Positions 50,251 through 59,397 are shown, numbered from the stretch's first letter. The stretch: DNA of 64,000 nt from an uncultured Bacteroidales bacterium (GCA_963813405.1 CAWEYU010000015.1:37124-101123); one strand, 5' to 3'. Made by a program: numbers and translations. Notes: a model not told the origin generated them from the sequence alone.

Positions 50251-50252
50251 CT

Positions 50253-51404
50253 TTACCTCCTTCCATATTTTCGGAACAGATAATAGACACTACCTAATGC
50301 AGCAATTATTATCATTACTCCGACCCAGCCCCAGAGCAGTGGTGTTTCAACCGATAACCGGAATGAGATCTTTGAAGAGACTTCAGGAGTTTTAGCTTCC
50401 ATACTTGTTGCATAGTCGCCGGCGATCGCTTTCTTGTCTGCCTTAATTGTTGCGAAGACCGATACTGTCTTGCCTGGCTGAAGCTTTTCGACCTTATTAG
50501 GTTCGAAAGTAACATCCCAGTTGACCGGTGCTGTTGCAGTAAAATTTATCCCTGTAAGTTCAGAGGACCCTGTGTTATTAACTACAAGTTCAACACGTTT
50601 TTTATCACCTGCTGTAATTTTTGTACTGAGCAAACCGGTCGGTGTGGATAGCTCTATATTGAAAGTACCTGTAATGACAACTTCGAGAACCTGAAAGGCA
50701 GAGGTGCTACTTGTTGACGCAGTCACGGGAATTCTGTATTTCCCGGCCTCCACGCTTTCAGGTGCCTTTACTTCAATAGTTATTGCCTGTGTTGTATTAG
50801 GTTCAACATTTACTGAAGTTACAGGCTGATAGTTTGATTTAAAAGTAACGGTCCATCCCCGGGCCGGTTCAGCAGTCAATGCATACGACTGCTTATCAGA
50901 TGTGCGGTTCTTTATATTTGTATTGAACGTAAAAAGAGATGTAGCATGGCCCTGCATGTTTGCCTGATCGGAGGTGAACTCTGTTTTAAACGTACCCTGT
51001 TCTGATACATTCACAACCAATGGAAGCGAATTAAATGATCCTGCACTAACTTTAAACCTGTAGCTTCCCTTATTAACTTTTAAAGGGATGTCGATCTGTA
51101 GAGAGAAGCTTTTTCGTTCCCCGGGGATTACAGAAAGCTGACCGATTTTCCAGGTTCCGGCTTTTAATGTGTAATTCCAGCCCCTTGGTAGTCCTTCAAT
51201 AAGAATATCACCAATTTGCATTTCCTTACTGTTATTAATAGCCTCAATAGGAAATTCAATTGACTCTCCCGGAGATACCGAAATCTTTGTATACGCTGTG
51301 TATAAAAGAACACTATCGGCTGGTGTGGCAGTTAAACTGCTGAGAAACATTATTCCAAATAATGGAGATAATAATAAAGTAATTTGTCTCTTTCTGGTTA
51401 TCAT
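50253..51404 (-). CDS. NEW3 (NPCBM-associated Ig-like) domain protein with C-terminal membrane anchor
   Basis: Signal peptide, three beta-sandwich repeats (LPRGW, ARGWTVTF, PVNWDVTF), then a TM helix and KYGRR tail. Confidence 0.8.
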   Translation of the reverse strand: MITRKRQITLLLSPLFGIMFLSSLTATPADSVLLYTAYTKISVSPGESIEFPIEAINNSKEMQIGDILIEGLPRGWNYTLKAGTWKIGQLSVIPGERKSFSLQIDIPLKVNKGSYRFKVSAGSFNSLPLVVNVSEQGTFKTEFTSDQANMQGHATSLFTFNTNIKNRTSDKQSYALTAEPARGWTVTFKSNYQPVTSVNVEPNTTQAITIEVKAPESVEAGKYRIPVTASTSSTSAFQVLEVVITGTFNIELSTPTGLLSTKITAGDKKRVELVVNNTGSSELTGINFTATAPVNWDVTFEPNKVEKLQPGKTVSVFATIKADKKAIAGDYATSMEAKTPEVSSKISFRLSVETPLLWGWVGVMIIIAALGSVYYLFRKYGRR

Positions 51405-51585
51405 AAAAAAATCCTCCATAAGTTTTATAATGAATTTAAAAGTGTGAGACAAAAATAAAAAATCCTGAAAAAAATCAAAAAACTCAATTTATTTTTTTTT
51501 CAAAAAAGAAAAAAATGTAATGGGGAGTCAGATGTGGTTGAGTCGTTATCGTGTCTAAAATTATATTAATATTGCACAGAAGAAA

Positions 51586-51661
51586 GATACAGGGTGCAGG
51601 ATTCAGGATGCAGGGTAAATAATGAACCTGCACCATGCACCATGTAACCTGATCCTGGAAC
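51586..51661. repeat. Inverted pair of GRTKCAG-type heptamer arrays upstream of the corrinoid gene
   Basis: gatacag ggtgcag gattcag gatgcag ... cctgcac catgcac catgtaa cctgatc ctggaac. Confidence 0.7.
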
Positions 51662-51688
51662 TTTTAAGTATACAAAAACAATTGAATA

Positions 51689-52321
51689 ATGACTGACCTT
51701 CAAAATATTTATGATGCAATAGTAGCAGGGAACCTTGAACTTTCGATTGCGACAACTAAGACTGCTATTGCAGAAGGTATTGATCCTCAATTGATCATCA
51801 GGGATTATATGATCCCCGCTATGGATAAAATAGGAGGTATGTTTGAAAACTGCGAAGCATTTGTTCCCGAACTGCTAATGTCGGCGAGAGCCATGAAAGG
51901 ATCTCTTGCCCTCATTCAGCCACTATTAACTGCAAGCGGAGCGGAGTCGAAAGGAAAGGTAGTTATTGGCACCGTTCAGGGAGACCTTCATGACATCGGT
52001 AAGAACATTGTCGGTTCGATGCTGGAAGGCGCTGGTTTTCAGGTTATAAACTTGGGAAATGATGTTACTTCACAGAGATTTATCGATGCAATTAAAATAC
52101 ATAACCCTCAGATTGTGGCGATGAGTGCTTTATTAACCACCACAATGACTTCGATGGAGAAAACTATTGCGGCTATCAAGGAGGCAGGTCTCCGGGATAA
52201 AGTGAAAATAATTATTGGAGGAGCACCTGTCTCATCAAATTATTCAGATAAAATAGGGGCTGATGGATATAGTGACAATGCCAATGGAGCTGTGAAACTG
52301 GCAAGGTTGCTTGTGAGTTAA
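51689..52321 (+). CDS. Corrinoid (B12-binding) protein, MtbC/MttC-like
   Basis: Cap motif FVPELLMSARAMK; DLHDIGKNIV (DxHxxG), SALLTTT, and IIGGAPV. Confidence 0.93.
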   Translation: MTDLQNIYDAIVAGNLELSIATTKTAIAEGIDPQLIIRDYMIPAMDKIGGMFENCEAFVPELLMSARAMKGSLALIQPLLTASGAESKGKVVIGTVQGDLHDIGKNIVGSMLEGAGFQVINLGNDVTSQRFIDAIKIHNPQIVAMSALLTTTMTSMEKTIAAIKEAGLRDKVKIIIGGAPVSSNYSDKIGADGYSDNANGAVKLARLLVS

Positions 52322-52336
52322 AATGTATTATCAGGT

Positions 52337-53038
52337 ATGAGCAGTAAAGAGACAATTATAACTCCGGATTATGAGTCCGTGCGGCCAACTCCTGAAGAGG
52401 TGGCAATCATAATGGGTTATTCGCCCGGAACTGAGCCATCGTACGTGCCGGAGATGCTTTCAGTACTTCTAAATGAAGCCATGGATAATGTTACTGCAGC
52501 AGGATGCTATTCAATGTTTGAAACAGAGATGGTTAAAGTTCCGCAAGGCCTGATCCTGCATAGTTCCGGGAACCTTAGATGTGGGTCCAGAATTGCCCGC
52601 CAGTTGCTCGGATCAGATTCATTCGCATTATTTATAACAACTGTCGGCAACAATTTTGATGCCTGGATTAAAAGTAAAGCATCGGGAGGCGACATTCTGG
52701 CAGAATATCTGTGCAGTTCCATTGGGTCGGTAATTGCCGATAAAGTGGCCGACTTAGTGCAGGATGCGATAAAAAGTTACGCATTGGAAAGAGGCAAAGG
52801 AATAACAAACAGGTATTCGCCGGGATACTGCAGTTGGAACGTACGAGAACAGCGTGGAATATTTGATCTGCTGCCTGCAGACAAGATAGGAGTGACCCTT
52901 ACACCTTCTTTTCTTATGAAACCTATCAAATCAATAAGCGGAATAATAGGTATCGGTACTGGTAAGGAACCAGGACCGTATATGTGTGATCTTTGTGATA
53001 TGAAGAATTGTCTGGTGAAGAGAGCCAGGGGGCTATAA
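52337..53038 (+). CDS. Stand-alone B12-dependent methionine synthase activation-domain-like protein
   Basis: FITTVG, RYSPGYCSW, IGVTLT..FLMKPIKSISGIIG, and C-terminal CDLCDMKNC. Confidence 0.85.
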   Translation: MSSKETIITPDYESVRPTPEEVAIIMGYSPGTEPSYVPEMLSVLLNEAMDNVTAAGCYSMFETEMVKVPQGLILHSSGNLRCGSRIARQLLGSDSFALFITTVGNNFDAWIKSKASGGDILAEYLCSSIGSVIADKVADLVQDAIKSYALERGKGITNRYSPGYCSWNVREQRGIFDLLPADKIGVTLTPSFLMKPIKSISGIIGIGTGKEPGPYMCDLCDMKNCLVKRARGL

Positions 53039-53039
53039 A

Positions 53040-53065
53040 AAGGCGAAGTCAGGAGACTTCGCCTT
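53040..53065. terminator. Hairpin terminator between convergent genes
   Basis: AAGGCGAAGTC-AGGA-GACTTCGCCTT, a perfect 11-bp stem. Confidence 0.8.
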
Positions 53066-53092
53066 GCAAAAATATCTTGTATCAGTTTATAA

Positions 53093-54175
53093 TCAGTACA
53101 GTGTAACTTGTCCGTAGGAAGCCGAAACCTTTACTGTGGCAGTTGGTGCAGCCTCATCGCCTACAATACCAGTCAGTGTTGTGGAATTGTTTTCCACGAT
53201 ATGCTTTTCATGTTTGAATTTCCCCTCCCTGAATTTTATTCCAGCATAAGATGTGTGTGCATCAAGGTTATAGCTGGCAGATTCACTCAATCCCAGTTTT
53301 ACTTCCATATATCTGACATCAACATTTACAGATTCAAAGCCGGCCGGTATTGTTTGAACTGAAACTGAGCTGTAACTTCCCTGGAAATCCAGCTTTTTGG
53401 TGAGTTCTCCAACATTTACTGTCGAATAGCCAGTCTGGAGTACCAGGTTTTTCACCTTTTCAATCTCTATTTTATCATATTTTGAGTCACCGACAACCGA
53501 ACTTGTTTCAGTAACCTTTACTCCGGAATATCTGCTGTCGACCAGGAGTGCCTGACACCCGGTGATTACTACATCCCTGGTATATCTGCAATACAGGTCC
53601 AGCCATCCTGCTTCATCAATTGATGCTTTACCATATGCAATGTTCAGTTTATTTATCGGCTTTTCATTTCCCCTTGAAAGTTTATCAACTGTCAGGTTGC
53701 CATATTGAATATTGAGATTTACCAGACCGCTAAGAGTAGTAATGTCAGAATCTCCATATCTATTGGTGAGGTTCAGATTATTTCCAACAGGCATTTTTAT
53801 TACGTAGTCTATACTGAATTTTCTTGATCCACCTCCCCATCCTGAGAAATTGAACTTCTCGTCAATTATAGTTTTAGCAGCAATAAGCTTGTCACCTTCG
53901 CTGAACTGAACATCGACATAGCTTATTAGTTTTTCTGCTCTGGATCTGTCGGGAAGCTGGATAGTAACTTTTACGTCTATCACAACCTGATCCTTATCCC
54001 AGCTTTGAATATCCACATGTCCGTACCTGTTATTTATCTCGAGAGTTGTCCCTGTCCCGGACTTGTACTCCTTATGAAAATCCTTCGTTACTTCCTGCGC
54101 AGTCAGCGAGAAGGCGAGAAGGAATATTGCTGCCAGAGAGAGCAGCATTCCTGATTTATAAACTGACTTTTTCAT
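53093..54175 (-). CDS. Secreted beta-strand repeat protein (DUF4097/adhesin-like)
   Basis: Signal peptide; repeated N.YG/YS strand motifs; third gene of the ECF locus. Confidence 0.65.
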   Translation of the reverse strand: MKKSVYKSGMLLSLAAIFLLAFSLTAQEVTKDFHKEYKSGTGTTLEINNRYGHVDIQSWDKDQVVIDVKVTIQLPDRSRAEKLISYVDVQFSEGDKLIAAKTIIDEKFNFSGWGGGSRKFSIDYVIKMPVGNNLNLTNRYGDSDITTLSGLVNLNIQYGNLTVDKLSRGNEKPINKLNIAYGKASIDEAGWLDLYCRYTRDVVITGCQALLVDSRYSGVKVTETSSVVGDSKYDKIEIEKVKNLVLQTGYSTVNVGELTKKLDFQGSYSSVSVQTIPAGFESVNVDVRYMEVKLGLSESASYNLDAHTSYAGIKFREGKFKHEKHIVENNSTTLTGIVGDEAAPTATVKVSASYGQVTLY

Positions 54176-54719
54176 CTTTTGGTTTATTTTGATTTCCATT
54201 CCTGATTGCTTTAAGCTGATTTACAATATATGACATGACCTCCACTTTTGTCTGATAGTGTTCAATCATTGCATTTATTATCCTCTCATCATTCGGATTT
54301 GCCTTAAGGTCTTTCTGAAGCTGTACATATACTGAATCCATACTTTTCATTTCGCTTGCAAGTATCTGTTTCTGCTCCGGATTATCTTTCAGATCAATAT
54401 TCACAAGTTCTGATTCCATTAGATTGACCTGGTGAACATAATAGTTTTCAACCTCTTTATATTGTGGAGAGACCTGACCAAGTGTCATTCTTTGACTGTC
54501 TTTCCGTATGAAATTATCCCATGTCCAGAGAGATGATAAGGTAACAAGGATAGTTACGACAGCTGCCTTGAGAAGATATGGAACTATACTTCTTTTGTTT
54601 GCATTTGAATGCAGCCTTTTTTCAAGTTTCCAGTTAAATCTTTCCAGATGGCCATCGATTGGTTCGTTACCTTCGAAAAGGTCTCTGTTGTTCCTGATTA
54701 TTTCATCTATATTTTTCAT
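54156..54719 (-). CDS. Putative anti-sigma factor
   Basis: EP..GHLERF N-terminus, single TM helix, NPNDERIINAMI; directly follows the ECF sigma gene. Confidence 0.7.
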   Translation of the reverse strand: MKNIDEIIRNNRDLFEGNEPIDGHLERFNWKLEKRLHSNANKRSIVPYLLKAAVVTILVTLSSLWTWDNFIRKDSQRMTLGQVSPQYKEVENYYVHQVNLMESELVNIDLKDNPEQKQILASEMKSMDSVYVQLQKDLKANPNDERIINAMIEHYQTKVEVMSYIVNQLKAIRNGNQNKPKDEKVSL

Positions 54720-54733
54720 GACTGACAGATTTT

Positions 54734-55294
54734 CTAAATTCCTTTTAATTCACTTATTAGCTTTTGCTTGGCTCTTGAGAGCTGAGAGCGCGACGTACTG
54801 CTCGTTATAGATAGTATCTCGCTTATCTCATCATGGTCGTAGCCTTCCAGAAGGTAGAGCGAAAGAATTATCCTGTAACCGTCAGGGAGTTTTTCGATCG
54901 CCTGTTTCACCTCCTCGACCCTGACATCAATTTCTTCTTTTGAAGCTAGATCCTCACCACTGCTGTCTTTTATTCCTGTATGACCATCAATATCTTCAAA
55001 GATCGCTTTCCTTCTGTTCAGGGCATCGAGTGAACGGTTTATTACTATTTTTTTGAGCCATGCTCCGAAACTTACAGTTCCTGAATAGGTGTCAATTTTT
55101 TCAAATGCCGACAGGAATGATTCCTGCATTATATCTTCAGCTTCCATGGTATCGTTAACGATTCTCAGACTCGTATTGTACATTGCTTTGTAGTACAACT
55201 TATAGATCTGAAACTGCGCTTTCTGGTCGCCAGTTATACATCCGTCTATCAGGTCCTGATGTAAATTCTTGAATGCTGCTTCTACATTAGCCAT
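54734..55294 (-). CDS. ECF RNA polymerase sigma factor
   Basis: GDQKAQFQIY, AEDIMQESF, FGAWLKKIVIN, and LPDGYR..EGYDHDEI..SRSQLSRAK motifs. Confidence 0.95.
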   Translation of the reverse strand: MANVEAAFKNLHQDLIDGCITGDQKAQFQIYKLYYKAMYNTSLRIVNDTMEAEDIMQESFLSAFEKIDTYSGTVSFGAWLKKIVINRSLDALNRRKAIFEDIDGHTGIKDSSGEDLASKEEIDVRVEEVKQAIEKLPDGYRIILSLYLLEGYDHDEISEILSITSSTSRSQLSRAKQKLISELKGI

Positions 55295-55304
55295 CTTTTT
55301 GTAA

Positions 55305-55385
55305 AGACTAGTTCTTATATGTAATGCTGCACCCACTTTCTACTGGTTTTAAACAATAGACGTGGGAATAACTATTATGCTGCAC
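55305..55385 (-). promoter_or_regulatory. Tandem duplicated ECF-type promoter GTGCAGCAT-N15-GTCT
   Basis: Two copies, at 55385-55358 and 55332-55305, with identical boxes and spacer length but different spacer sequence. Confidence 0.7.
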
Positions 55386-55406
55386 TCAATTTAAGAAAAT
55401 TTGAAA

Positions 55407-56255
55407 TTATTTTATAAAAAAAGTCATAATAATTCCCTGAGTCACTGTCCCGTTTTGATAATTAAGCTCTGAACCAAACAAACTATGGGGGATGGAGTAA
55501 ACCAGCAGCAACACAACAGCTGCAAGGACGGCATATAGTGGTCTCTCTTTTTTTCTGTTCATTACTACTGCCAGCACCCAAAAAGCAAATGCAATTAATG
55601 TTTTATTGTCAGTAAGATCCCATCCGAATGGTATGCCGGTCCAAAGATCTCCAAAAGCCATATATTGAACAACAGGACCAAGAAGCAGGCCACCGGCAGT
55701 AAATAAAATAAGCGTCCAGTTTGTATACCTTCTGAAGTGAGGATTCTTCCCGATAGCCATCAAACCAGCAAGAGTTGAAAATAACATGGCAATAAACATC
55801 AATAGGATATGTGGTATCATGATATAAGCCGGAACGCCGCCCTTAAACCTTATAACTACAGGTTTTTCCTTGAGGTATGTTATTGTTCCTTTTGAATCGG
55901 TTATCTCAAAATAATACTGAAGTTTACCCGCTTCAGGCTGTGGAGGAATAGCTGCTGTAAATCCTTTGAATCTCTTCGTAGTCTTATAATGGAAATCCAC
56001 AGACTGATACTCTTCATTTGTCGGGTATCTCCGGAACCACAGCTTAATATTTGCAGCAGAATCGGTAATAGCAAGTTTAAGTTCAGATGGTCTGTCAAGG
56101 CTAAGGCTTCTCTCCAGTTTAACATTATATTTCTGGTTATTGACACTAACCACTTCATTTTTTGGGTAAGTAGGTCCTGTTGTTCGCTGATAAAATGCAG
56201 CACCTATCGTTATGATGAACGCAAGAAACCAATAAATAAATTTATTCATGACCAT
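55407..56255 (-). CDS. Hypothetical membrane protein
   Basis: YQRTTGPTYP, AGKLQY, RFKGGVP, and WTGIPFGWDLTDNKTL segments; about 5 TM helices. Confidence 0.7.
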   Translation of the reverse strand: MVMNKFIYWFLAFIITIGAAFYQRTTGPTYPKNEVVSVNNQKYNVKLERSLSLDRPSELKLAITDSAANIKLWFRRYPTNEEYQSVDFHYKTTKRFKGFTAAIPPQPEAGKLQYYFEITDSKGTITYLKEKPVVIRFKGGVPAYIMIPHILLMFIAMLFSTLAGLMAIGKNPHFRRYTNWTLILFTAGGLLLGPVVQYMAFGDLWTGIPFGWDLTDNKTLIAFAFWVLAVVMNRKKERPLYAVLAAVVLLLVYSIPHSLFGSELNYQNGTVTQGIIMTFFIK

Positions 56256-56268
56256 TGATTTTTAATTT

Positions 56269-58047
56269 TTAAAGTTGAATTATCAATACTTCTTTTTTGC
56301 CATTTCTCAAAACTTCAACAGAAATTACCTGTCCTTTCTTTAATTGCTTTAGTCTTGACATATAATCGTATACATTATTTACCTGTTTACCATCTATAGA
56401 GGTTATGATATCATTCTTTTTCATTCCCCCGTTAGCTGCAGGTCCTTTCGGAGTAACCAGATCAGCTCTTAGCCCGTTCCTCACAACACCGGCAAAATCC
56501 GGCATTATTCCCAAAGTCACACCTCCTCTTATTCTGTACCCTCTGGTTGTCTCAGTTTTAGGACCAGCTTCTTTGATATGCAGCTTTGTGGTTTCATTTG
56601 CAAGTTGAGAAGCCATCTTAAAGATAAGATCGGAAATGACAACCATCCCCTTATAATTTATTTTGTCCCAGGTGTCTTTTGGAGTGTGATAATCATCATG
56701 ACCCATGGTCGTAAAAAACAGGACAGGAATATCTTTTTCGTAAAATGATGAATGGTCTGAAGGTCCGGCTCCTGCTTCAGTAAAATTCAGCTTCAGGAGA
56801 CTGGTATCACAAAGTGCAATTGCCTTTTCTTTAAGAGAATCAGCGGTACCTATCCCTCCAATCTGCAAATCTTTGGTCTCTTTAAGGCGTCCGACCATAT
56901 CAAAGTTAAGCATTACATCTACTTTAGAAAGATCTATTCCAGGATTATCTGTAAAATATCTTGATCCGAAGAGACCTTCCTCTTCACCGGTAAAACCTAT
57001 ACATATTATGCTCCTTTTGTGACTGCCCGGCGTTCCCGCAAATCTTTCCGCCAGTTCAAGCATCATAGCAATTCCCGAAGCATTGTCATCAGCGCCATGG
57101 TGAATTCCGATGGTATCAACCGCCCTGCTCCCTGATCCTTGTCCTCCCATTCCAAGGTGGTCAAAATGACCCCCCATAATAATATATTCTTTCTTCAGTT
57201 TCTCGTCTTCACCGGGGAGTATCATTACTACATTTCTTGTATTCACTTTTGTCTGGATAATTTCAGAATTTGCCGACACTACTGTGTTTGTTGAAAATGA
57301 AGATGGTTTTAAAGTTTTATTAAGCTTTTCTTCAAGATCCCGGATTGTTATTTTCGCTTTAGAAAGTATTATATCCGCAAGCCTTCTTTTAATTCTGAAA
57401 GAAGGTATGCCGACGGAAAACTCACCTTTTGACAGCGGATCAAATTTGTCATCTTTATCAAAAGATTCTCCCGAAACAAGTAGAATTCCCGATGCTCCCC
57501 TGTCCTTGGCAAGGAGTGCTTTATCACGGTCACCTCCAAACGATGCAAACTTGCTGGCAGACTTTTCAGGTTCGGGATCAGATCGAAGAACCATTACCCA
57601 TCTGCCTTTAACGTCGATTTTATCATAATCATTCCATTTTAAGCTATCGGTATTGATATTAAAACCATAGCCGGCAAATACTACTTCTGATTCAAGTGAA
57701 TCATTTTCACTGAAAGCAAGGGGGACAAAATCCTCTTCAGGGTTATAATTAATATTGTTGATTCTGAGCCGGTTTTTTTCACCAGCAAGTATCTTATCAG
57801 TAACTTTAAACCGTTGTAAACCGTCACCTGAAACAGGAATGAGTCCATATGAGGCAAGTTCGGTTCTGATGTATTCCGCCGCAAGGCTATCGCCGGTTGA
57901 TCCTGTAAGTCTCCCTTTTAATGAGTCGGATGACAGGTACTTAATATGATTGAGAAGTTCACCGGTGGTTACTTTCTTTGCGGTATTTGAACAGGATATA
58001 AGAAAAATAATTAATACCAGGTAAAGTAATTTGCTAATAGTTCTCAT
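56269..58047 (-). CDS. M28 family aminopeptidase with PA and PDZ domains, lipoprotein
   Basis: GHFDHLG, GADDNASG, GEEEGL, NFDMVG, SDH, and YH..D motifs; C-terminal PDZ; lipobox LISC. Confidence 0.9.
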   Translation of the reverse strand: MRTISKLLYLVLIIFLISCSNTAKKVTTGELLNHIKYLSSDSLKGRLTGSTGDSLAAEYIRTELASYGLIPVSGDGLQRFKVTDKILAGEKNRLRINNINYNPEEDFVPLAFSENDSLESEVVFAGYGFNINTDSLKWNDYDKIDVKGRWVMVLRSDPEPEKSASKFASFGGDRDKALLAKDRGASGILLVSGESFDKDDKFDPLSKGEFSVGIPSFRIKRRLADIILSKAKITIRDLEEKLNKTLKPSSFSTNTVVSANSEIIQTKVNTRNVVMILPGEDEKLKKEYIIMGGHFDHLGMGGQGSGSRAVDTIGIHHGADDNASGIAMMLELAERFAGTPGSHKRSIICIGFTGEEEGLFGSRYFTDNPGIDLSKVDVMLNFDMVGRLKETKDLQIGGIGTADSLKEKAIALCDTSLLKLNFTEAGAGPSDHSSFYEKDIPVLFFTTMGHDDYHTPKDTWDKINYKGMVVISDLIFKMASQLANETTKLHIKEAGPKTETTRGYRIRGGVTLGIMPDFAGVVRNGLRADLVTPKGPAANGGMKKNDIITSIDGKQVNNVYDYMSRLKQLKKGQVISVEVLRNGKKEVLIIQL

Positions 58048-58130
58048 AAAGAATGGTTCAATTATTGGTATAAAAATAAAGATCAAAAATAGCAATCTTT
58101 TAAATCATCGGGTGCGCAGAATGATAAAAA

Positions 58131-58158
58131 GTAGGGACAGGTCGCGACCTGTCCCTAC
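58131..58158. repeat. Perfect 28-bp GTAG-type REP-like palindrome
   Basis: GTAGGGACAGGTCGCGACCTGTCCCTAC is its own reverse complement. Confidence 0.85.
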
Positions 58159-58185
58159 GGCATTTATTGTGTAACATGCAGATTA

Positions 58186-59397
58186 TTATTCGAACAGTTT
58201 AAATGCTTCCTTAATCAGGCCTATAGCTTCCATTAGCTGTACTTCAGTAATTATTAAAGGAGGAGCAAATCTTATGATATGTTCATGAGTTGGCTTTGCA
58301 ATCAGACCCTTATCCATCATTGCCAGGCAAACATCCCAGGCAGTTTTGCCGCCTTTTGGCCTGATTACCACTGCATTAAGTAGGCCTTTGCCTCTGACAA
58401 GCTCAATCATTTCAGATTTGATACTGCTAAATTCATTTCGGAATATTTTACCAAGCTTTTCTGAATTTTCAGCCAGTTTTTCATTTTTCACTACCTCCAG
58501 AGCAGCAATAGCTACTTTAGCGGCTATTGGGTTTCCCCCGAAAGTTGATCCATGTTCTCCGGGTTTAATAGTAAGCATTATGTCATCGTCAGCCAGAACA
58601 GCGGAAACAGGATAAACACCTCCCGAAAGGGCCTTACCAAGAATCAGTATGTCAGGACGGACTCCTTCATGATCGCATGCAAGCAACTTACCGGTACGGG
58701 CAATCCCGGTCTGAACCTCATCTGCAATGAAAAGTACATTCTTCGATTTGCAGAGATCATATGCTTTTTTCAAATATCCCTCATCAGGGACATAAACACC
58801 TGCTTCACCCTGAATAGGCTCAACAAGAAAACCTGCAACATCCGGATCTTTCAAAGCACCTTCAAGGGCTTTCAGATCATTATATGGAATGGTTATGAAG
58901 CCAGGTGTAAACGGCCCATAATCCTTTCTGGCATCCGGATCCGTCGACATTGAAACAATTGTAATTGTACGTCCATGGAAATTGCCTTCACATACGATGA
59001 TCTTTGCACTATTTTCCTTCAGACCTTTCTTAAGATATGCCCATTTACGGCATAGTTTAAGTGCAGTTTCATCTGCTTCAGCACCGGTATTCATTGGCAA
59101 GACCTTGTCATAGCCAAAATACCTCGTTATATATTCTTCATATTCACCGAGTGCAGCACTGTAGAAAGCACGTGATGTAAGGGTGAGTATTTGAGCCTGA
59201 TTTGTTAGTGCTTCAACGATTTTTGGATGGCAATGTCCCTGGTTTACTGCCGAATATGCGGAAAGAAAATCAAAATAACGTTTCCCTTCCACATCCCATA
59301 CAAACGGGCCTTTGCCTCTTTCAAGTACAACAGGAAGCGGATGGTAATTATGTGCCCCAAATTTGTCTTCCCGTTTAATAAAATCCTGAGTATTCAT
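58186..59397 (-). CDS. rocD: Ornithine--oxo-acid aminotransferase
   Basis: [38 protein letters not shown], and LGKALSGG motifs. Confidence 0.96.
   Translation of the reverse strand: MNTQDFIKREDKFGAHNYHPLPVVLERGKGPFVWDVEGKRYFDFLSAYSAVNQGHCHPKIVEALTNQAQILTLTSRAFYSAALGEYEEYITRYFGYDKVLPMNTGAEADETALKLCRKWAYLKKGLKENSAKIIVCEGNFHGRTITIVSMSTDPDARKDYGPFTPGFITIPYNDLKALEGALKDPDVAGFLVEPIQGEAGVYVPDEGYLKKAYDLCKSKNVLFIADEVQTGIARTGKLLACDHEGVRPDILILGKALSGGVYPVSAVLADDDIMLTIKPGEHGSTFGGNPIAAKVAIAALEVVKNEKLAENSEKLGKIFRNEFSSIKSEMIELVRGKGLLNAVVIRPKGGKTAWDVCLAMMDKGLIAKPTHEHIIRFAPPLIITEVQLMEAIGLIKEAFKLFE

Noticed and set aside
51405..51688. Cobalamin riboswitch upstream of the corrinoid gene
   Set aside because: I could not find the conserved GGGAA, GCCACTG or B12-box elements by eye; an Rfam scan would be decisive.
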